Virus record (IMG/VR): IMGVR_UViG_3300033153_015493
Direction: 5' to 3' (one strand)
DNA from: a virus
DNA: 25,632 nucleotides
The notes under the pieces are model-generated. The model ran no database searches. It worked only from the letters and a program-made list of their open reading frames with translations, and was not told the origin of the DNA. Shown piece after piece: positions 1 to 7,700 of the stretch. Both the position numbers and the translations under genes were made by a program. The first letter of the stretch is position 1; the number at the start of each line of letters is the position of its first letter.

Positions 1-35
1 TCCAGTACCCACCTTATGTGTTCTGATTCATTCAT
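1..35 (-). CDS. N-terminal part (MNESEHIRWVL...) of a small ORF running off the left end; joins in frame to 25482-25632 if circular
   Basis: ATG at 35 lies just inside the end of the RHH gene. 35 nt plus 13 nt from the right end give GAC TGG GGT GCT AAA, then ATG 25619, without a stop. Confidence 0.5.
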   Translation of the reverse strand, partial: MNESEHIRWVL

Positions 36-159
36 TTGGTTCACCTCTTTTTATTAATCTGTTGATTATCTCATCATAGCTTTCCCTTTTTGCTATCTTT
101 AATGTTCTGAGCTTCTCTAATGTTGTATACTCAATCTGTATTGTTGTTCTTTGTTTCAT
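28..159 (-). CDS. Ribbon-helix-helix / antitoxin-like DNA-binding protein (43 aa)
   Basis: MKQRTTIQIEYTTLEKLRTLKIAKRESYDEIINRLI has the RHH pattern (TTIQI strand, then two helices ending ESYDEII.RL). Start moved from 237 to ATG 159 (or 168) to fit the TATA box at 186-193. Confidence 0.75.
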   Translation of the reverse strand: MKQRTTIQIEYTTLEKLRTLKIAKRESYDEIINRLIKRGEPNE

Positions 160-170
160 AGTATACATAA

Positions 171-200
171 GTAAAACATAACTACTATATAAACCTTTCG
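171..200 (-). promoter_or_regulatory. Archaeal BRE-TATA promoter for the RHH gene
   Basis: Minus strand CGAAAGG-TTTATATA-GTAGTTATG, TATA at 193-186, about 30 nt upstream of ATG 159. Confidence 0.6.
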
Positions 201-239
201 TTTTCAGGCAGCCTTTCTGCACAAAAAACCCTTTCAAAA

Positions 240-258
240 AGGTTCTGTTTAAATAGTT
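240..258 (+). promoter_or_regulatory. Divergent TATA promoter for the structural operon
   Basis: TTTAAATAGTT at 248-258, preceded by an A/G-rich BRE-like stretch, about 40 nt before ATG 296. Confidence 0.5.
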
Positions 259-295
259 TGAATATAATTAGGTAAATTGGGAGCAAGATTAATGA

Positions 296-1411
296 ATGAC
301 AGCTGAAGGTGTTGCATCGTACAGGGCAAGCAAAGCCAGGACAGCAGCAGCAAGAGCAGCAGGAACTGGCTACTTTGCCACTCATAGAGGTGGGGGAAGA
401 GCTGCACCACCAAAAAAAGTTCAATATTTCTATAATGTAAAGACAGGCCATACAACTTACAGGGTTGGCGGCGGAACTCCATCTGGACCTGGCTGGGTTT
501 CAACAGGTTCTCAAAAGCCGTCAGGTTATATTGGCGGTCAAGTAAGAGGAGTTGCAACAGAAGTTGATAAAGCAAAAGCTATACAGCAGGCAGAACAAAA
601 AGAACTTGCAGAAAAGAAAGCAGCAACAACTAAAAAAGAAAAGCAGGTCATGGCATTAGAATATGCCCTGCAGCAGGGTATGTTGTCAAAGAAAGCGGCA
701 GAAAAAGCAAGAGCACAGCAGCAGGAACTGATGAAAAGCCTGCCAGAAAAAAAGCCAGTTGAGACAGCTTTTGAGCTTGGCGGCAAAACCTTTGTGGGAA
801 CTTATGGATTGAAGAAAGTTTATGCAGAGCCAGAGCCAAAAAAGAAAGCTCCAAAGATATCAACAAAAGCTTATCTTGATTTTATTGAAAAGCAAAAGAA
901 AAAAGAATTAAAAAGAACAGTAAAGCCACCAACAACTTACTCAAGAATGGCTACAAAAGCATACAAAGAGGGGGATATTGCAAGAGATTATCAGGTTTAT
1001 TATGACAAGCAGGGGAATATTGTTGGATTAATACCAACAAGCTCTACAATTCCTATTGAAAAAGTAACCAGAAAAATTAAGTCAATCTCTGATGTGGAAG
1101 TAAAGGGAGAATTAATTGGAGATTTCTTTATTCCATCAAGGCAGAAAGAATGGGAAGAAACTGTTGATATTATAACTCCTTCTCCAGTGATTTATACAGG
1201 TATTGGAAAAGGTCTTTTAACAGAATATAAACCTAAAACTTATGAATTTTCTAAAAAACAATTTATGGCAACCCAAGCCTTAGGCTCAATACCTACTCCT
1301 TTCTCTCCATTTATTTCAATGTATGGTGTATCAGCTTACACACAAGCACAAGTTCCCAAAACAAGAAAATGGCTTGAAACAAAAGAGATTGAGGTTTTGG
1401 CTCTGCTGTAA
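296..1411 (+). CDS. Lys/Ala-rich putative virion (internal) protein, N-terminal part; probably continuous with 1393-3132 via a -1 frameshift
   Basis: 371-aa ORF with basic Gly/Arg N-terminus and coiled-coil-like EKKAA stretch, first gene after the promoter. Confidence 0.75.
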   Translation: MTAEGVASYRASKARTAAARAAGTGYFATHRGGGRAAPPKKVQYFYNVKTGHTTYRVGGGTPSGPGWVSTGSQKPSGYIGGQVRGVATEVDKAKAIQQAEQKELAEKKAATTKKEKQVMALEYALQQGMLSKKAAEKARAQQQELMKSLPEKKPVETAFELGGKTFVGTYGLKKVYAEPEPKKKAPKISTKAYLDFIEKQKKKELKRTVKPPTTYSRMATKAYKEGDIARDYQVYYDKQGNIVGLIPTSSTIPIEKVTRKIKSISDVEVKGELIGDFFIPSRQKEWEETVDIITPSPVIYTGIGKGLLTEYKPKTYEFSKKQFMATQALGSIPTPFSPFISMYGVSAYTQAQVPKTRKWLETKEIEVLALL

Positions 1412-3132
1412 CATACCCTCTTAGGTCTCCGGAATCAACAGGACAATTATTTGCAACCTTTGGAAAAGGAGTTGGTATTGGTGCTGGGATTGCAGCGTTA
1501 GGTGTAGCAACAGGTCCAGTGGCTCCGGCAGTTTTGTTGTATGGTGGAACTATTTATGGGGCAACACAAGTTCCTAAATTGCAGGAGCAGATAGCTGAAT
1601 CAAAGTTTTATAGTCCAGTTGCTTACAGGGAAAAGCTTGCAGAAACAGGAGAGCATGCGGCGGCAGCAGTTGGTGGTGCTTATGTTGGCTCTTTATTAGT
1701 TCCTGCAACTATTGCAGGTTATAAAGAGTGGCACCACAAATTGGTAACTGGGAAAGGTGCAACTGTTGAAAAGGGGGATTATGTCTGGAAAGAAGGCTAT
1801 TATTCCAGAGAACCCCTTAAAGACTGGGAAAAGACTATTGTAAAAAGCAAGTTTATTTCAGAAGCACAGAAGCAGGCTGTGTTGAAAGGCAAAGGGGATT
1901 ATATCTGGAACAAAGGATTCTTAGAAAAAGGGCATGGCAAGGTTTTACCTTACAAACAGCAAGATTTCTTTAAGATAAGGCAGGAACAGTTAGGGCTTCC
2001 AAGCCAAGCAAGACAGACACAGTTGGGTTTTGAGAGGTTTAATATTGAGCCAGTTGCAAGAGCAGATTTGCAGTTAAGCGAAGCTGCAAGGATTCAGGCA
2101 GCAATAAAATCACATCAATATTTAGGCAAGTGGGTGACAAAACCAAGCTTAAAGCCAAAAGCAGGTGTAGATATGTCTTTTCCAAAGTTTAAAGGGCACA
2201 TGGAGCAATACCAATTATATGATACGACTGGTGCAAGTTTCTTTGAAAGCTCATATTTCAAGACTGGTTATTATAAGCCAGTTCCAAAACTTTTGTTGGA
2301 GTACAAGCCAGTTGGAAAAGTAGAAATGTTTACACAAAGGGTGGCTAATATTGAATATCCTTCTGCACCAAAAGTCTTTGTTGGAAAGAAAGGTCATCTG
2401 ATTCATCTTGAGCCTTCCCATGTGTGGGAAAAGGGAGATATTTATACTGGATTAATTCCAGAGAAAAAACCTGTTGTGATTGCAAAGCCTTCAGTTGTTG
2501 AAGAGCCATCATTTAAGTTTGGCTTTACTCCTTTTATTTTTGAAGGTATAAAAGAGAAGGAAAAAACGGAAACAGAAACAAGGTTGGGATTGGGAATTGC
2601 TGGATTGCCTATTGTTAAAACAAAACCTTCTCTTATGTTAGAGCCAGAAATAACTTTTAAGTTTGACCAGAAACTTTTTGAGCCAACAAAGCCAGTAACA
2701 GAACCAGTACCAAAGGTAACAACAAAAGTAACTCAAAGACAAAAAGTGGTTGTAACACCAATAGTTGAAGTTCCTGCTGTAATAGTTCCAGACACAAAAA
2801 TTCCAGAGTTTGAGTTTGAAATAAAGCCTGAACCAGAACCACCAGAACCAGCTTACCCATTCGGCTTTGGCTTCGGCATACCATCTTTTCCTAAGGCAAG
2901 AAAACTGAGGGTTCCAAAGCCAAGAGCAAGACCAAGACCTCGCAGAAGAAAATATACTGTTGATCCTTTTGCTGGGCTTTTTGATGTTCATGTTTCTGAG
3001 TTCATGTTTGGCAGGGCAACACATCCTGCCAGAACAAAGAAAGAAAAAAAGAAGTTCAAAAGGAGAATAAGGGAATCAGCAATGTTCTTTCCGACAGTTG
3101 AGCTGGAAAAGTTTGCTGTTCCTAAAATGTAA
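1393..3132 (+). CDS. Putative virion protein, C-terminal part: Gly-rich hydrophobic segments, Pro/Glu-rich linker, Arg-rich tail
   Basis: Frame is open from 1393 (GFGSAVTYPLRSPESTGQLFATFGKGVGIGAGIAALGVATGP...), upstream of the track's GTG 1519, which has no RBS. Tail RKLRVPKPRARPRPRRRKY. Confidence 0.75.
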   Translation, partial: GFGSAVTYPLRSPESTGQLFATFGKGVGIGAGIAALGVATGPVAPAVLLYGGTIYGATQVPKLQEQIAESKFYSPVAYREKLAETGEHAAAAVGGAYVGSLLVPATIAGYKEWHHKLVTGKGATVEKGDYVWKEGYYSREPLKDWEKTIVKSKFISEAQKQAVLKGKGDYIWNKGFLEKGHGKVLPYKQQDFFKIRQEQLGLPSQARQTQLGFERFNIEPVARADLQLSEAARIQAAIKSHQYLGKWVTKPSLKPKAGVDMSFPKFKGHMEQYQLYDTTGASFFESSYFKTGYYKPVPKLLLEYKPVGKVEMFTQRVANIEYPSAPKVFVGKKGHLIHLEPSHVWEKGDIYTGLIPEKKPVVIAKPSVVEEPSFKFGFTPFIFEGIKEKEKTETETRLGLGIAGLPIVKTKPSLMLEPEITFKFDQKLFEPTKPVTEPVPKVTTKVTQRQKVVVTPIVEVPAVIVPDTKIPEFEFEIKPEPEPPEPAYPFGFGFGIPSFPKARKLRVPKPRARPRPRRRKYTVDPFAGLFDVHVSEFMFGRATHPARTKKEKKKFKRRIRESAMFFPTVELEKFAVPKM

Positions 3133-3145
3133 TGGAGGAATAAAA

Positions 3146-3265
3146 ATGCCAAGAAAAGGATATGGAAGAAAAGATGGCTCACAGCGGGGCTATAAGCAGG
3201 GAGGTCGGGGCAGGAACAGGACAAGCACTTGCAGGCATCCAAGTATAAAGAGGAAAAGAAAATGA
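3146..3265 (+). CDS. 39-aa Arg/Gly-rich basic peptide (not in ORF track)
   Basis: GGAGG RBS then ATG 3146: MPRKGYGRKDGSQRGYKQGGRGRNRTSTCRHPSIKRKRK*. Its TGA overlaps the next ATG (ATGA). Confidence 0.7.
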   Translation: MPRKGYGRKDGSQRGYKQGGRGRNRTSTCRHPSIKRKRK

Positions 3266-3423
3266 AATACCCTAAAAGAAGCAAAAGAAAAATGTCTTAT
3301 CATGGCAGAGTTGGGCGACCAATTCTCCACAAAGCAAAGTCAGGCAGGACTTTTGTTATGGTTAGAGCTAAAGGAAATGGAGGAACTAAGCGTTTATACA
3401 AATACAAAAAATATATGAGGTAA
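3262..3423 (+). CDS. 53-aa highly basic putative nucleic-acid-binding protein
   Basis: MKYPKRSKRKMSYHGRVGRPILHKAKSGRTFVMVRAKGNGGTKRLYKYKKYMR. Start at the ATGA overlap rather than the track's 3229. Confidence 0.7.
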   Translation: MKYPKRSKRKMSYHGRVGRPILHKAKSGRTFVMVRAKGNGGTKRLYKYKKYMR

Positions 3424-3427
3424 TAAA

Positions 3428-3847
3428 ATGGGATTTTTTGCAAAAGCAAAACAAGCATTTAAGGAAAAGCAGGCTGAAAGGGCAGAGCTGAAGAAGGTAT
3501 ACAAAGAAGAGTATGAGAAAGAGAAAGCAATGCAGGAATCTGGCAGAAGGCTTGCAGCAAGGGAAGAGGCAAGAGAAAGGGCAAGAGCCAAAGCAAGGTT
3601 GCCACCAATTTCTGAAAGGCTTGCAGTAGGGGTAGGCAGAGCAGCAAAAGCAACAGTAAAGACTGTCGGAAGAATAGAGAAAAAGGGGGGTATTGACTTT
3701 TTGGGAGTTGGCGGCGGCGGTACTGATTTCTTTGGGATGCAGCCAGCAAGACCAAGAGCAAGAGCAAAAAGAAAAACAACAAAGAAAAAGAAAAGAAAAA
3801 GTAAGCCAAGAAGCCAACCAGCCATAGGGCAATTTGATTGGTTTTAG
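3428..3847 (+). CDS. 139-aa basic protein with coiled-coil N-terminus and Lys/Arg-rich tail
   Basis: GAGG RBS, operonic position, tail RPRARAKRKTTKKKKRKSKPR. Confidence 0.75.
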   Translation: MGFFAKAKQAFKEKQAERAELKKVYKEEYEKEKAMQESGRRLAAREEARERARAKARLPPISERLAVGVGRAAKATVKTVGRIEKKGGIDFLGVGGGGTDFFGMQPARPRARAKRKTTKKKKRKSKPRSQPAIGQFDWF

Positions 3848-3850
3848 ATT

Positions 3851-4048
3851 ATGACACAGACAAAAGAATTCAGGAATATCCTAAAAAGGTTTAGGAGAAA
3901 CTTTGGCACGGAGCTTGGCACAAGAAAAGCCGAGCAGTTTGCAAGAGAGAGTGGAATACAAATCATTCAGCCAAGAAGGCCTTACACCAAGAAGTTCAAA
4001 CGGCAGAAATCTGCTTTTGATTTTTCAGAGTTTGAAAGCTTTGAATAA
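3851..4048 (+). CDS. 65-aa basic hypothetical protein
   Basis: Starts 3 nt after the previous stop, Arg/Lys/Phe-rich. Confidence 0.7.
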   Translation: MTQTKEFRNILKRFRRNFGTELGTRKAEQFARESGIQIIQPRRPYTKKFKRQKSAFDFSEFESFE

Positions 4049-4075
4049 AATAACTCATGGAGGTGAGAAAACAAA

Positions 4076-4513
4076 ATGAAAAGCAAAGGACAAGCACAAT
4101 TTACTGTGTTTCTTGTTCCCATAATTGCTGTGATACTGTTAGGTATCATCTGGAGCACAGTGCGTACTGCAACAACACCGACATCAGTAACAAATGAAAG
4201 TTTTACAGGCGTTGAAAACACTTATGTTGCTTTGACTTATGATGATTGGGCAGCCTGTTCAGCAGTAAGGAACGCAACAGGTGATGCACTGACTGTAACA
4301 ACTGATTATGTTGCTGACCTAACTAACGGACAGATAAACATAACAACAGCAGGCGGTGGAAACGGAACATACTATGCAGACTACACATACAAGGCAGACA
4401 GCTATATGACAAGTTCAACAAGCAGGATGATAACTGGTTACATCCCAGTAATATTTGCAGTTGTACTGTTGGTATTTGTAACAGGGTTCATAGCATTGAA
4501 GAAAAAGAGTTGA
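4076..4513 (+). CDS. Capsid-like two-helix membrane protein with class III signal peptide and inserted glycosylated domain (putative minor capsid protein)
   Basis: GGAGGTGA RBS. MKSKG|QAQFTVFLVPIIAVILLGIIW, four sequons (NES, NAT, NIT, NGT), C-terminal helix SRMITGYIPVIFAVVLLVFVTGFI resembling that of 17657-17875. Confidence 0.7.
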   Translation: MKSKGQAQFTVFLVPIIAVILLGIIWSTVRTATTPTSVTNESFTGVENTYVALTYDDWAACSAVRNATGDALTVTTDYVADLTNGQINITTAGGGNGTYYADYTYKADSYMTSSTSRMITGYIPVIFAVVLLVFVTGFIALKKKS

Positions 4514-4519
4514 ATAAGG

Positions 4520-4768
4520 ATGATGACAAAAACAACAAAGGGGCAGATAACAATACTCTCACTGTTAACATTTTTCATGTTAATGGCAGTGTTTGTTATC
4601 CTATTAAAGCCCCTTCAAAGCTTCATAGACATTGGAATCAACGCAACACAGAACATGAGTGAGGGCTCAACAATAGCCTTGATTTTGAACTCAACGCCGG
4701 TGTTGATGGCACTTGCAGTTGTCATATCCTTGTTTATAAGCATAAGTATATACAGAGCACAGGGATAA
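4520..4768 (+). CDS. 82-aa capsid-like two-helix protein with class III signal peptide
   Basis: MMTKTTKG|QITILSLLTFFMLMAVFVILL, loop with NAT and NMS sequons, second helix IALILNSTPVLMALAVVISLF. Confidence 0.7.
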   Translation: MMTKTTKGQITILSLLTFFMLMAVFVILLKPLQSFIDIGINATQNMSEGSTIALILNSTPVLMALAVVISLFISISIYRAQG

Positions 4769-4778
4769 AGGGGGCTCA

Positions 4779-7700
4779 ATGAGAAAGAGTGCCTTTTTAC
4801 TCATGTTTGCAGTTTTGTTAGTTTTAGTTAGCTCTGGCTCTGTTTCTGCAACTTGGTGGAATGAATCTTATACAAAGAAGATACTAATTAATTGCACAAA
4901 CCTTGATGACAATACTCCTATTGTTATAAATGGTTCATCTGGTTTTACAATAGATGGAAAAAAGCAAATAGTCTGGACTTACTGCTCTGGAACAGGAACA
5001 GCAGTTTATTATAATGATTATTCTGACTATGTTGTTGCTAATGATACAACACAGCTACCTATGGAAGTAGAGTTTGGCAATGGGACTTCTTATAATCCTA
5101 CCCAAGTTTGGGATAGTAATTATTTAGCTGTTTACCATATGACAGATACAACTACTTCAACTATTACAGATTCTACTTCAAATGATTATGATTGCACAAA
5201 AAAAGGTGCTAATGAACCAATAGAATCAACAGGGGAAATAGGTCAGGCACAAGATTTTGATGGAAGTGATGATTATATTGCTTGTGGGGATATTAATGAA
5301 TTAGATACCGCAAATGAGATTACTTATGAAACATACTCTAAATTAGATGATTTTGATACAACCTATCCACGATTAATATGCAAAGCTTCTGGAACAGGGG
5401 ATGCCCAAAGAAATGATATACTATTTAACTCACCAGATAGAATAGAATTGGGTCTTGGGGGCTCGAGGATAGCTATTGGTGAGGCAGTAACAACAGGAAC
5501 TTGGTATTATACAGCAGGAACAGCAAAAATGGATATTGGTGCTGGTTCTGATAAACTGGAAATATTCAAGAATGGGTATTCTATTGGAAGTGATAATACT
5601 CTCACTTTAGCACCAGTAGATATGGGAACTCATCAAGTATATATTGGCTCTTTTGACCCAGGGGTCTTGGACACAAGAGAATGGGATGGTCTTATAGACG
5701 AAGTGAGAATATCTGATATAGTTCGTTCAGATTCTTATTTTAATCAAACGTATGAAAATATAATAGGAACAGCTGGTTATGGTAATTTATTAGCAGAAGA
5801 ATCAGCACCTTCAGCAGATGCACCAATAATAACAGCACATACAACTTCTCCTTCAACAGTTTACACAAACACAGACTTTAAATTTAATATGACTGCAACT
5901 GATACTGATAATGCAACCTTTACTGGGTGGGTTCAGTTCTATGTAAATGATTCTGCAACTGGTTCAGTTCAAACTAACTCTATGAATAATAACACAAATA
6001 CTCTTATTGGAACATTGGCAAATGCAAACTTCATAAAAGGTTCTGAACTGATAGCTGAATACTGGGCCAGTGATGGAGAGAACAATTCAACAAAGGCAAA
6101 CCAAAGCACTGTAACTGTAAGCAATACTGCTCCTGTTTTTAATCCTGCTCTGGCAAACCAAAATGCTTATTCTGATATTGAATTTACTTATGACATCAAT
6201 GCAACGGACTTGGATTCAGATACACTAACTTATTATGATAATACAACTTTGTTTAATATAAATTCAGAAACAGGAATAATAACAGATACTCCAACAGAAA
6301 GTGAGAAAGGAACTTACACAATTTTAATAACAATAGGCGATGGAACAGACAATACAACTTCTACTTTTGATTATACTATAATTGACAAGACCCCACCAGC
6401 AATAACATGGATACAACAGCCAGACTTAAACCTTACAGTTGAAACAAATCCAACTTATTTATATAATATATCAGATACAAGCGGAGTGAACTGGACTTCT
6501 GTTATCTTTTATCACGGACTGAATGACACTTATTTAAACAGCATGAACTGGAGCTACAGATATCCTGCAAGTGCAAAGCAGCCTGACAGATTGAGAGCTT
6601 GCAATAGGAATAAATCACTGCTTTTAATAGAAGATAACGCAATTAAATTATACGAAGGCGACATAGCAAGCTATGGAGGGCATTTGTATGGGGCTTGTCT
6701 AAAGCCAGTTGTTTACTCTTCAGGCTCTGATTGGGTTGCATTCAATATGACCTTTGACTATCATCATTTGATGGAGAGTCATATCCCTGTTGACAAGACT
6801 GCTTTGCATAATGAAGTAAAAACAGACCAATATATCAATATTTACAAGAGCCATCCTGCAATAGTCCAATTGGAGACATTCCCTACAGAAATAAACAGGA
6901 CAGTTCATATTAATTTAAACATAGATGACAAGAATGGAACTTATCCTTTACTTATTTATGGATGCAACAATTCAGTTAATCCTTACACAGTGGATTATAC
7001 TTCTGATTCAAACTGTGCTTTCTATGGGACAAGAACAGACTTCGACACAAAGGACAGAATATCAAACCAGTCAAGTTATGTGCATTTTCTTTCTGGAATA
7101 GATGAAAATGGAAAGATTGGCGGAACAAGTTTAACTCCTTCTGATACAATGTTTATGTATTTAGATTCAGATGCACCAAATGTGGCAAAAGGATTTAAGC
7201 TTTACTATGCAGATGATGTAGTTCCAGACAATACTAATTTCAATGAAACTTATTATTTGCATACCTATTCTCCTTCTTCATGGACTAACAGAAGCGAAAC
7301 TCCTGATGTGCAGTTAGAGGTAACAGCAGATGAGTTTGACATCCAATATTATGTTTTTGCCTGCGACAACAATTCAAACTGCGTAAACTTTACAATGCAG
7401 GCAGATGCTTTGGGTGAAAGACCAAATGAAGCTCCAAATGCACCTTATCTTATTCAGCCTTTAGTAAATTACAATATTACAGGAACTTATAATATTACTT
7501 GGCTTGATGGAATAGACCCAGAAGGAGACCCTTTTAACATAACTTTGGTTTTAATAAACCACACAGACAGTTCAGAATATGTCTTGACAAGCACAATTTC
7601 AAAAGGGACTGAGTATTACTCTTGGGACACTACTGCTTACATAGATTTAGATTCTTACCAGATAGTAATTTATGCAACTGATTCAGGCGGATTAAAAAGC

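Noticed and set aside
1388-1400. Canonical programmed -1 frameshift signal
   Set aside because: The heptamer does not fit X_XXY_YYZ and I saw no convincing downstream stem. An indel error is at least as likely.
2820-2945. Short tandem-like nucleotide repeats (CCAGAACCA, CCAAGAGCAAGA)
   Set aside because: Explained by low-complexity PEPEPPEP and PRARPRP coding.
185-3832. Minus-strand ORFs opposite the structural genes (185-451, 249-575, 538-786, 648-866, 2638-3024, 2657-2884, 2988-3284, 3386-3832, 3394-3825, 3459-3809)
   Set aside because: Leu/Phe/Cys-rich antisense shadows of purine-rich, Lys/Glu-rich genes, with no RBS.
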